Source of the DNA: Octopus vulgaris
Taxonomy: Eukaryota
Direction: 5' to 3'
NCBI GenBank assembly: GCA_951406725.2
Contig: OX597815.1
Location: forward strand, 94,302,001 to 94,366,000
Length of the DNA: 64,000 nucleotides
This document shows positions 51,925-64,000 of this stretch, piece by piece. The position numbers and the translations under genes were made by a program. The notes under the pieces were generated by a model, which worked only from the letters and a program-made list of their open reading frames with translations, did no database searches and was not told the origin of the DNA. The number at the start of each line of letters is the position of its first letter. Position 1 is the first letter of the stretch.

Positions 51925-53516
51925 TTGCGGCCAAAATGTTCAGAACGGCATTATTTTCGTCAGAAAAGTAGGTATAAATTTTTATCAAATTTCTTTTATA
52001 TTCTATAATTTTCACAGACAATAAATACGATATTATTTGTTATAGTCTGAGATTTTGGTGTAATTTGAGAGGATAATACAAAAGTCATGGATGATTTAGT
52101 GATTTACTGCAAAACCCATGGCGACCAAAAGGATCAGAACAGTTGCTTTTACTCCGTGTTTTAGTATATTGAACCGACGAACTCTAATGTTTTGAATTTG
52201 TTTACTTGACGGTTCGTTTACTAAACATTAGTAAGAATATCTGCAGTGTACTTTGTTTATATAATGCCACTTACTCCGTTACCAATTCATCAGCAGATTA
52301 TTAAGCTTCGAAAGAAGGATAATTTAAGTATTGGGTCTATTGCAAAGATTGTTAACAAGTCAAAAAGTGTTGTTCATGGTATTCTTAAGGTCTACGATGA
52401 TTGTGGTTCGTGTGAAGCAAGAAAGTCTTTAGGTAGGCCAAGAAAAACGACCAAGAGAGAAGATCGTGCTATGGTAAAGTTGGTTAAAAAGGACAGATTT
52501 AAAACTGCTGCTGCTGTTTCTCGGGAAATGGGCATTGTACTGAAGAAAACTTTATCTCGAAAAACTGTGTCTCGTCGTTTAGTTGAACATGACCTACAAG
52601 CAAGAGCACCTGCAGTAAAGCCACTGGTCAGCTCCAAGAATAAAAAGTGTCGTCTTACCTTTGCAACCGAACATGTTTTGTGGTCTCAAGAAAAATGGCA
52701 AACGGTGCATTTCAGTGATGAATCTAAGTTTATGTTATTTGGCTCAGATGGGAAAAGTAGGTGAAAAATTGTCGCCTAAATGCCTTAAGACTAGTGTTAA
52801 ATTCGGTGGAGGAAGTGTCATGGTTTGGGGGATGATATCTGGAGATGGTGTGGGGCCCTTTTGGTGCGATTACATGGAAAGGTAAATGCAGGAGTTTATA
52901 AACAACTTGTGAAAGATCATGTCTTGCCTGTGCTGAGAAATTCAACTAAGCGACCACCCATATTCATGCAGGACAATGCCCCCTGTCACAAGGCTAAGGT
53001 GGTCATGAACTTCCTCAAGGCTGAAAAGGTTATTGTTATGGATTGGCCTGCTCAAAGCCCAGATCTCAATCCTATTGAAAATGTGTGGAATATTCTAGGA
53101 GAACGTTAGAAAGCCAGAAATCCTAAAACAACCGAGTAATTATGGAATGCCCATCAGGAAGAAAATTGAATAAGATCATCCAGCAAGAAATTGAAAAATT
53201 AGTTTCCCCATGCAGTCGAAGATGTCAAAGTGTGATTGAAGCTAAAGGGCTTCACGCTAAATATTAAATAATTCCAGTATTCTCTGTCATTTTTGATTAT
53301 TTTGTTATTTTTTCAACCTTTCTGATCCTTTTGGCCGGCATGGGTTTTGCACTAAATCACTAAATCATCCATGACTTTTGTATTATCCTGTCAAATTACA
53401 CTAGAATTTCAGACAATAAATAATATCGTATTTATTGTCTGTGAAAATTATAGAATATAAAACAACTTTGATAAAAAATTATACCTACTTTTCTGACGAA
53501 AACAATGCCGCAACTG
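51922..53516 (+). mobile_element. Tc1/mariner transposon (DD34E) with ~220-bp IR/DR terminal repeats
   Basis: TA-CAGTTG...CAACTG-TA ends, long TIRs, internal direct repeats gcggccaaaatgttcagaac/gcgaccaaaaggatcagaac. Confidence 0.95.
52264..53267 (+). pseudogene. Tc1-family transposase, disrupted
   Basis: Paired-like HTH, GRPRKTT, FSDES, GGGSVMVWG, QDNAPCH, SPDLNPIEN (34 residues between D and E). Deletion, frameshifts and stops. Confidence 0.93.
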
Positions 53517-53742
53517 TATGTATATTCATATATTTACATATCTGTTTGTGAATTATTTGTGTATAAGTATATTTATGCGCATGTATGTTTTACGTGTGTG
53601 TAGTTTTTATGCATTTAAGTATTCATGCATATATGTATGTATATAGTATATGCTTAAGTAGTATACATATATATATGTATGTATATATATATCCCTACAT
53701 ATATGATAATAAAATAATAATATAAATAATATATAAATATAT

Positions 53743-53835
<93 letters not shown>

Positions 53836-54066
53836 TATATACATATATGTATATACCTATATATATACGTATATATACATGCATACATGGGTACAGGACA
53901 TAAAAAAACGTAGACAGAATGAGAAACGAGAACATAAAAAACAAAAACATTTTTTCGAACAACGAAAAAAACAAACAGAGAAACGAGACATGCAACATAA
54001 AGAACAATCACTTCATCAGTTGTCCCCCGTTTTATCTACTCCGCGTTTCGAAATTCTCACACACGC

Positions 54067-54123
<57 letters not shown>

Positions 54124-54301
54124 CACGCACACGCATACACACCTGCATATATGTGTTTTTGTAAACGAAGAGGTGTTATGATCATAGAATTGTTGAGACA
54201 GAAAGTAAGTGTGCTGCATAACTGAATCATTTAATAAATATAGTCCTCTAATTCCAACGATACTCAGGTCTACTACTTTTACCGCCACGAGCACGTTTTC
54301 A

Positions 54302-54353
<52 letters not shown>

Positions 54354-54421
54354 TTTTTTAATTTTATCTAGTTTCAGCTCACGAGCTGTGGCCAAGCTGG
54401 GGCACCGCCATATATATATCT

Positions 54422-54818
54422 TTTTATCTTTTACTTGTTTCAGTCATTTGACTGTGACCATGCTGGAGCACCGCCTTTAGTCGAGCAAATCGACCCCAGG
54501 ACTTATTCTTTGTAAGCCTAGTACTTATTCTATCGGTCTCTTTTGCCGAACCGCTAAGTTACGGGGGCGTAAACACACCAGCATCAATTGTCAAGCGATG
54601 TTGGGGGCCAAACAGACACACAAACATATACACACACATACATATATGAAAACATATATACGATGGGCTTCTTTCTGTTTCCGTCTACCAAATCCACTCA
54701 CAAGGCTTTGGTCGGCCAGAGGCTATAGTAGAAGACATTTGCCCAAGGTGCCACGCAGTGGGACTGAACCCGGAAACATGTGGTTCGTAAGCAAGCTACT
54801 TACCACACAGCCACTCCA
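54422..54818 (-). mobile_element. SINE family A, full length
   Basis: Reverse complement of the family A consensus. Confidence 0.9.
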
Positions 54819-54849
54819 TGTATGTGTGTCTGTGTGCTCGTCTCATTGT

Positions 54850-55040
54850 TCGTTTGCTATCTCCGGTGTAAGTGTGTTTGCGTTCACGTAACATAGCGGT
54901 TGGGTAAGAGACCGAGAGAATAAATATCAGGCTTCAAAAAAAAAAAAAGAAAAACATGTACTTGAGTCGATTCATACAATGGAAAATCAAGGTGGTGCCC
55001 CAGCTTGGTCGTAGTCTAATGACTGAAAGAAATAAAAGAT
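54850..55040 (+). mobile_element. SINE family A 3' half, diverged
   Basis: cgtaacatagcggtt...ggtggtgccccagcttggtcgtagtctaatgactgaaa. Confidence 0.7.
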
Positions 55041-55189
55041 AACTCCCATCTTTGTGACGAGAACTATGTTACTATATTTGTATGTATGCATGCATGTATG
55101 TATGTATATGTGTGTGTATGTATGTATGTATGTATGTATGTATGTATGTATGTATGTATGTATGTATATATGTATGTATGTGTATGTGT

Positions 55190-55572
55190 GGAGGCGCAAT
55201 GGCCCAGTAGTTAGGGCAGCGGACTCGCGGTCATAGGATCGTGGTTTCGATTCCCAGACCGGGCGTTGTGAGTGTTTATTGAGCGAAAACACCTAAAGCT
55301 CCACGAGGCCCCGGCAGGGGATGGTGGTGTTCCCTGCTGTACTCTTTCACCACAACTTTCTCTCACTCTTACTTCCTGTTTCTGTTGTACCTGTATTTCA
55401 AAAGGCCAGCCTTGTCACTCTCTGTGTCACGCTGAATATCCCCGAGAACTACGTTAAGGGTACACGTGTCTGTGGAGTGCTCAGCCACTTACACGTTAAT
55501 TTCACGAGCAGGCTGTTCCGTTGATTCGGATCAACCGGAACCCTCGTCGTCGTAACCGACGGAGTGCTTCCA
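55190..55572 (+). mobile_element. tRNA-derived SINE family D, full length
   Basis: tRNA-like head with A box (tggcccagtagttagg) and B box (ggtttcgattccc). Second copy at 37975-38203. Confidence 0.85.
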
Positions 55573-56181
55573 AATGTGTATGTATGCATCTATCTATTTG
55601 TATATATGAATGTATGTGTATGTATGTATATGCATGTATATATATGAATGTAGGTGTATGTATGTGTATGTATATATATGTATGTGTATTTATTTATGTA
55701 TATGTATGTATGTGTATTTATGTATGTATGTAAGTAACCACATAAAAGCAGACATTAAAATTACAAAACACATATTAGAATATTTTCATTATAGAAACAA
55801 CTATCACTACTACTACTGCTGAATATTACACAAGAATAGAATGATTTAAATTTATACCCAATAAAAGGAATATAAATTATATGGATCTTCTCTTAGACTC
55901 ATTGAAGCTCATAATTTTGTTAAGTGTTTCACTGGCACAACTGAGCAGGAAATGTGAGCTACCATGCTCGCTCGACAAACAGTTATTCGTATCTGTGCCC
56001 AGTAAATTGAACGGAATGATAATTACATCGGTCACGCTTTCTGTCTCGCCATAGTGCATGCTTTGCTTTATTTTTTCAAATCTTCCTTTCTACTAAAGGC
56101 ACAAAACTTGAAATTCGTGGGGAGGGAACTAATCGATTTCATCGATCCCAGTGTAATTGTATGTATGTGTGTGTATGTATG

Positions 56182-56215
<34 letters not shown>

Positions 56216-57034
56216 TGTATGTATGTGTGTGTGTGTGTGTGCGTGTGTGTGTATGTACATATGTATGTGTGCATGCGTGTGTACGTATGTACGTATGTAT
56301 GTGTGCATGCGTGCGTGCATGCGTGTGTATGTATGTACGTATGTATGTGTGCATGCGTGCATGCGTATGTATGTATGTATGTATGTATGTATTGTATGTA
56401 TGTATGTATGTATGTATGTGTGTGTGTATGTATGTATGTCTCTTCACTTTTTTAATTATTATAAATCTTCCACTGAGAAGGGCGCCAGTTTCCAAGAAAG
56501 ATGCAAGATGTAGTTAACAGAGACAAATTCACATTTGAAAATTGAGAAAAGTTTTGCATATTTTTACTCTTCCACTCACAGACTGGACTTGTAATGTACG
56601 AATCAGCCGGTCGATTTCTCTGAAAATCCTAGTTTATCCAGATACTCCTTTAAGCATTTACTAACAGAAACTAGTGCTCCAATTATTATTGGTATGAATA
56701 TGAATTCATATTCTGGATATAGAAGCTGGGGTATTTATATCTGCAGGGCAGCTAACCTCTGTGATGGTACACACCTTTGCTCCTCTGTCCTAAACAGCAA
56801 TATCCAGCCTGTTATGCTTACATTTGACTGAAGTTTTGATGGGAATATTCCATCAGTATTCTTTGAGTTGGTGTTTATGAATGTATTCCATAACAGAGGG
56901 ATTTTCTAAGTTTATTTCAGGAAGTCTTTTTTGCGGATGGCATTGCAAATTGTTCTCTGTATGTATGTATGTATGTATGTATGTATGTATGTATGTATGT
57001 ATGTATGTATGTATGTATGTATGTATGTATGTTT

Positions 57035-57575
57035 TTGTCAGGTCACATTCGACTGCTACTGGTAACATGTAACCCAGTACAACCTGTTGCATGGTCGGGT
57101 CGTCGGCGACTAAACCGGCAACCCCACCAAGCTTGTTTGATGAGGAGGGTGTATTGGACACCCTGCGGGATGAAAAACAAAACCCGTCAAAGGGCGGAGG
57201 AACTCTTGAGAGTCAACGGCATCCAATAAATGTCTTAAGGCTGGATCATGCGCGGGGACATAGAAATAATCGGACTGAATATCGGATCGCGCGGTTAAAC
57301 CATTGGGAGTGAAGGATTCCTAGCCTTTGTTAGGGCATCCTTCTAGGAGAAGGTAACTCAGGTAACTGGGATAACTCCGAAATAAAATCTGCGGCTCAGT
57401 GGTTACCAATGATGTTGACTTGTTCTTCTTTTCGGATTATGGCTGCTGTTGCTTAGTGAGTGGGATTGACTCAGTGCACATCCTTTCCTCACTTTAAAAA
57501 AATCAGGCATTGCACGATAACAACATTGATTAAGCTTCGTGCAATGGCCATACTCGATAACGAGGGGGCAGCCAT
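57035..57575. mobile_element. GC-richer interspersed element inserted in (TATG)n, possibly RTE-related
   Basis: Complex sequence bracketed by TATG arrays, no credible ORF. Confidence 0.35.
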
Positions 57576-57930
57576 CATGTATGTATATGTATGTATGTGT
57601 ATATATGTATGCATCTATCTATCTATCTATAAATGTATGTGTATGTATGTATATATATGTATGTGTATGTATAATGTATACATGTATGTATATGTATCTA
57701 TGTGTATGTATGTATGCATCTATCTATCTATCTATTTTTTTTCTTTTTTTCTTTTATTTTTTGTTCTTTTTTTCCCTTTTACGATCCTTTTTGATCGAAA
57801 ACCTACACCACCTTTTTTTTTGTTTCTTTTGTTTTTTGTTTTTTTTTTGTTTTTTTCATCCCCCAAAAGAAAAGCTCTACCTTGTAACTTGTCCCATCTG
57901 TGTGCAGCCCTGTGTGACCAATAAAGAAAC

Positions 57931-58006
<76 letters not shown>

Positions 58007-58007
58007 A

Positions 58008-58425
58008 TCTTTTAGCTTTTATTGTTTCAATGGTTAGATTACAGCCATGCTGGGGCACTGCCTTGAAGAATTTTTAGTCAAATGAATCAACTACAGTAAT
58101 CTATTTTAAACCCTGGTTCTTATTCTACCTGTCTCTTTTACAGAACCACTATGTTACGGGAACGTAAATACATTAACACCGGTTGTCATGCGGTGAAGGG
58201 GGATAAAAACAGACACAAAGACACACAGAGATACACACACACTCAGATATATACTGATATACGATGGGCTTCTTACAGTCTTCGTGTACTAAATCCATCC
58301 ACAAAGTTTTGATCAGCCTAAAGCTATAGTAGAAGACACTTGCCCAAGGTGCCATGAAGCAGGAGTGAACTCGGAACCATGTGGTTTGAAAGCAACCTTC
58401 TCACGCACACAAACACACCTGCTCC
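58008..58425 (-). mobile_element. SINE family A, diverged
   Basis: Reverse-complement similarity to the consensus. Confidence 0.8.
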
Positions 58426-58524
58426 TATAAACATTGTATAATTTACGCAAGTATAATGTGAAAGTACACATATACGTAAAGATATGTGTATTTATGTGGG
58501 TTTCTGCATTCGTATCTTTGTATA

Positions 58525-58888
58525 CTCTTTTACTTTTTTACTTGTTTCATCGAGCAAATCGACCCCGGGACTTATTCTTTGTAAGCCCAGTACTTATTCT
58601 ATCGGTCTCTTTTGCCGAACCGCTAAGTGACGGGGACGTAAACACACCAGCATCGGTTGTCAAGCAATGCTAGGGGGACAAACACACACACAAACACACA
58701 CACACATACATATATACATATATACGACAGGCTTCTTTCAGTTTCCGTCTACCAAATCCATTCACAAGGCATTGGTCGGCCCGGGGTTATAGCAGAAGAC
58801 ACTTGCCCAAAATGCCACGCAGTGGGACTGAACCCGGAACCATGTGGTTGGTTAGCAAGCTACTTACCACACAGCCACTCCTGCGCCT
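58525..58888 (-). mobile_element. SINE family A with an internal deletion in the 3' part
   Basis: Ends ccacacagccactcctgcgcct. The cagtcatttg...ctttag segment is missing. Confidence 0.88.
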
Positions 58889-59379
58889 ATGTACATGCAT
58901 ACGCAAGAAATGCCACGAGTTTCGTACTTTCTCTCGAAAGATGGTGATAAAAGCTTGTATTACATTTCATCTTTTACTATTCCTTTATACTGTCAGATGC
59001 TACTAAATCTTTTTCTTCTCCTTTCTTTCTCTCTTGCTTATATCTCTCGTGCTCCCGTGTTTCCTTTTTTGCCAAACGCAAATTCAGTATTTCCTGTGTT
59101 CCTCGCTTGTGATGTCGCTTTCACATGTCTTCTCTTTGTTTGTTTTGTTTTGTTTGTTTGTTTGTTTGTTTGTGACACTCACCCTCCTTCTAAAAAGATG
59201 TCATACCATCTCTTCGCTCACTCTTCAAACACACCGTCTTTACACTTCGTATTACGTTCTCTCTCTTACTCTTTCCCTTCCTCTTTCTCTTTCCCTCTCT
59301 TACTCTTTCTCTCTCTCTCTCTTACTCTTTATCTCCCTCTCCTACTCGCTCTCTCTCTGTTACTGTACACACATACATA

Positions 59380-59443
<64 letters not shown>

Positions 59444-59922
59444 TCACAGGCTCGGGTGCACGCACGCATTATATATATTTATATATAGCCATTCGTATAT
59501 ATCTAACGTATTTACTCGTGTACTTTATGCGGAAAATGAATATGAGCAATCAATGCCAAATTTTGTGGTTAGCATTATACTCAAGGATGAAGAAAAAAAA
59601 ATTATCAAAACCAAACTCCAATAACATACCTTAAAAAATGGAGATACCGAAGGCGGTCCCCCCGAGACATCTAACGACTAATGTACGTACTTCATTGCCT
59701 ACAGCTGTGAAACACCTTAAACAGCGAATAAGTCTAACAGCAATTATTAATTCTGATGGTGGTGTGTAACCACACACCATCAATGTGTTATTATTTAAAA
59801 GGGATTAGGAAAAGAGGTTTCAGTTTAAAACGTGAAAGTTACATTAATAGAGTAAAATGTTCACTTTATACCTTTATGATAATAGTGTAGGTCTGAAAAT
59901 GAGATTTGCTTATTGGGCAAAA

Positions 59923-60317
59923 GGATCTTTTCGGTTTGAACGGCAGTTTTTAACATAATTTCTAGGTAACTAAAAAATTTTAAACTACGTATACTGGTAG
60001 AATGTGTTTATAAAACATCTTTTTCTCTTGGCTTTATTGAGAAAATTCTATAGTTTGTTAGATATTTGTTGTTGTTTTCTTCAATTTCTGCAATTTCAAC
60101 CAATCAATGACCTCTATTGAGGTGAAAAACATTCTGTGCCGTATGAATATGTCCTTCGTTTAAGAAACAGATTGGGTTTATTTACATTTGTGAAGAAAAA
60201 AAGATACCTTTCCCCCCACCCCTAACCTTAACCCTAACAAACCCTAGGGTCATAATTATGGGTGACAATTTCATATGACACCGCTAGAAAAAACTGCCGT
60301 TCAAACCGAAATGATCC
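59923..60317. mobile_element. MITE with GG termini and a perfect 8-bp TSD (Merlin- or hAT-like)
   Basis: TIR ggatcttttcggtttgaacggcagttttt / aaaaactgccgttcaaaccgaaatgatcc. gggcaaaa on both sides. Confidence 0.88.
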
Positions 60318-61140
60318 GGGCAAAATTTAAAGCGCTGTGCCGTAGAATATGTTGCGAAGAATCACGATTGTGTATGCAATCTATAAAAATTTGGTGTTGC
60401 TGAGAGCAACATTAGTGTACGTAGAAAGAATAATTCTTAAGGGAAATCAGGGTCACTATCCAGAACTGAAGAAGAATTGGTTGAATGAGTAAAAGACAAG
60501 AAGAAAGATGTATGTATTATAACGCCGCATATAAAGTTATATGCTAAGGAAGCTGAATCAAGAAGTATGGCTGAAGTTATTTAAAGAACCAGTTGATGAA
60601 TCAAACTGATGGTTTTTAAGTGATAAACACAATTTATGAACGATGACCTCTCTTATAACCTGCGCTATAACTTTCGTTCAATAGCTGTTAAGCAAAAGTT
60701 ACTGAGTAGGAACTATGCCAGTTTTATTATTTGTTTTAGTTTTTTTTTTCCGTTTCTATGTTTTATGTGCTTTAAAATTGGCTGCAATATTACATTGGTT
60801 TCTTAAAAAATATAAATAACTATGGCTGTTCTCTGAGGTCACATTATATAATAGGATAAAATATATTACAACTTTCTCGCAGCGAAACAAAAGAAAAAAA
60901 AGTCACGTTACATTCGGAATTTGTATTTGAATAAATGCCGTATATGCACTTTTGTATGCATATCTACCTACCTACCTATGTATGTATGTATGTATGTATG
61001 TATGTATGTATGTATGTATGTATGTATGTATGTATGTATGTATGTATGTATGTATATATGTATGTATATGTATATGTATATATATATATATGCATAAATA
61101 CATGCATTCACACACACACACACATAACACTTACACACAT

Positions 61141-61197
<57 letters not shown>

Positions 61198-61198
61198 T

Positions 61199-61241
<43 letters not shown>

Positions 61242-62419
61242 CATGTATATAGACGTAGACATGTGAAGAGTTAGAAGTTCACTTTGCTTTTCTATTCAAT
61301 CTCACAGTGCGGCACCCTGGGCGAGTGAACGTCTTGATTAAATTATTTTAGAAACATTGAAAACACACGACACAATTTTTAGTTTTACAAAACGCTAGCA
61401 ATAAATTTTCAAGATCTAATTTAATTTTTTTCGGTTATTTCGGTCAGGAGATCATATTCACGAAGACAAGAAATGAAACACTTTTGAAATTTAAAAATCT
61501 TTCGAAGCGAACATGAAACATACCACCGTGGGAAAGTTGAAATACGCCTACTGCAGTCAAGCATTGTATCTTCGCAAGGAGTCAGTACAGTTTTATCCCA
61601 TTTTAGAATTCTGAGTTTCGATATCAACAGAGGCAAGCAATAAATTTAAACCGACAAACGCATGTGTATTTTTTGGAGACAAGTTATAACACTCGTCATG
61701 CATTTTGGTAGAATGATTTCCTGTAGAAACAATACTGTTGTCCTTTATAAATTTCCGAATCGATTGTACATAATAAACCCATTTTGGTAAACTATTATAG
61801 AAGTATTTTGAAATCAAGTTTAATGACTAGTTTTTAGAACTCTGTGTCAACGCAGTTTGAAAAAACAATATATTTTTGATTCTTCTTTCAACAATTTTAT
61901 TAATGAAATCAAGGTAGAAAATTAATTAAAAAACTTATCTACCCGAGAGCATGTATGTATGTATGTATGTATGTATGTATGTATGTATGTATGTATGTAT
62001 GTATGTATGTATGTATGCATGTATGTATGTATGTATTTGTGATGTATGTATGTATGCATGTATGTATGTATGCATGTATGTATGCATGCATGCATGTATG
62101 TCATTATTAGTCTTATTTCAAGATTTCTTGCCAATAAAGAGCCGGTTTCTAACCTAGATCCAATGCTCCTTTATTGGAATTTCAACAATGTCAAAAGGGT
62201 ATTTTTGTATGTATGTATGTATGTATGTATGTATGTATGTATGTATGTATGTATGTATGTATGTATGTATGTATGTATGTATGTATGTATGTATGTATTG
62301 TGTGATGTATGTATGTATTTGTATGTATGTATGTATGTATGTATGTATGTATGTATGTATGTATGTATTGTGTGTATGTATTGTATATATGTATGTACGT
62401 ATTTTATTTTTGTTTATTT

Positions 62420-62780
62420 TTTGACTTGCTTATTAGGCTGTGGTCAGTCTGGGGCATCACCTTGAAGTAATTTAGCCGATTGAATCGAACCCGGTATTAC
62501 ATATTTTGAAACCTGGTACTTACAGGGACGTAAATACACCAACACCGGTTGTTAAGCAGTGGTAGTGGTAAAATACTGACACAAAAACACACATACACAC
62601 GTAAACACGTCATATTCACATATACGATAGACTCTCAGTTTCCATGTGCCAAATTCACTCACAAGGTTTTGATCGGCTCGAGGCTATAGTAGAAGATACT
62701 TGTCAAAAGTACAAGGCGGTAGGACTGAACGCACAACTATGAGGTGGGGAAGTATACTTCTCACACAGTAGCCTGCGCCT
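62420..62780 (-). mobile_element. SINE family A, old copy
   Basis: Reverse-complement similarity. Confidence 0.75.
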
Positions 62781-63054
62781 GTATGTATGTATGTATGTAT
62801 GTATGTATGTATGTATGTATGTATGTATGTATTATGTATGTATGTATGTATGAATGTGTGTGTGTGTGTGTGTATGTATGTGTATGTATGTATGTATGTA
62901 TGTATGTTTTCTTTTGTTTTTAATTATTTAAAATTCTTCCTCTGAGGAAGGAATTGGTTTCTAACAAAGATACAAGGTTCCATCGATGGTATGTAGGTAA
63001 CGAAACCAATGTCACATTTTAAACTTGAAATCGTTTTGCATACTTTTACTGCCC

Positions 63055-63196
63055 TTTTAAAGCCTAGCCAGGCTCATGGGCCCGGTTTCCCGGTTTCTAT
63101 GGCGTATGTGTTCCCCAGCTGCGTTACTCATTTTTGCCAGCTGAGTGGACTGGAGCAACGTGAAATGAAGTGTTTCGCTCAAGAACACAACGCGTT
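63055..63196 (-). mobile_element. SINE fragment of another family
   Basis: gagtggactggagcaacgtgaaatgaagtgtttcgctcaagaacacaacgc resembles a SINE central region. Confidence 0.5.
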
Positions 63197-64000
63197 AATT
63201 GTGTTTCTTTCTGAAAATCCACATGTATCTATGTCTACGTATGTATGTACATACAGGTGGTCAAAAGTTTTTGTCTGTGTTCTTATATCATCGAGTTAAC
63301 GAAGGCTGCTTCAATGTGGTTGATCGACTTATTAGAAATAGCAACCAAATCTCTTTCAAATTACACACTACCTGCTAAAGCTACGCTGGATATATTGAAT
63401 AATGTACTCTGAGATAATCGACAGGACGGTCATGGTTGGAATCCCTTGAACATGGGGAACATAGGTTCCAAGTTCAACTTGATTGAGCAGACCTTCAGAG
63501 TAGGTGTTGGGGCCTTGATCATACCGTTTTTTATTTTTGTATACATAAATTGTCTTGGATTGCATTTTCCAGTGTGTGCTTCACATTTAAAAGACTATTC
63601 TGCGTGAGTCAAGAGAGATTTGGTTGCTATATTTAGCAGGTCAAACAGCTATGTAGAGACTCCAAATCGCTAGAGTTGTATGTATTTGCAAACACCTTTC
63701 TATTTGCATATCATCAGCAAATTTAAGGAGCAAATTCTGTTAGCTTTTCTTTGCAATGTGAAGTCAGTTCACCAGGGTATATATTACTCCATCTAGAGGA
63801 ACTTTCTCGATCGACTCTGCCTAGTGGCCTCAATTTGGTTGTGATATTTATTTCAAGGGCTCTACCTTATTCGCTACATTAGTTTCGAGGATTTGCAAGG
63901 TTACTTTTAGGTAACGAAGGCAGAATATGACTCACGACGCAGTGACTCTGAACAAATACCACGTGGTACGACATACAGTTCCGCCAATCCACCGCTCAGG

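Noticed and set aside
55190-55265. tRNA gene
   Set aside because: tRNA-like head continues into a repeated SINE body, and the cloverleaf is imperfect
60215-60250. True telomere or chromosome fusion site
   Set aside because: Only a few imperfect CCCTAA units inside a MITE
61340-61930. Possible hAT transposase remnant on the minus strand
   Set aside because: No diagnostic motif recoverable by eye

Overview
AT-rich, microsatellite-saturated eukaryotic intergenic or intronic DNA with no recognisable host gene. The SINE families and the (TA)n/(CATA)n/(CA)n density suggest a cephalopod such as Octopus (inference only). Most ORF-track entries are microsatellite artefacts. The real content is mobile DNA: several Penelope-like elements (one near-complete RT+GIY-YIG copy at 5.5-7.6 kb), a DD34E Tc1 transposon with IR/DR ends, a Helitron/Helentron remnant and DINE/HINE-type derivatives, RTE, CR1/L2 and R4/Dong-like LINE fragments, MITEs and many tRNA-derived SINEs. 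The most notable signal is a set of type I hammerhead ribozyme motifs with palindromic helix III. These include two unrelated, young, non-coding tandem-monomer elements inserted in (TA)n (474-bp unit at 32741-34399, 432-bp unit at 50683-51277), each with one hammerhead per monomer and an unusually long helix II, resembling retrozyme-like or non-autonomous Penelope-dependent elements. All alignments and folds were done by eye.
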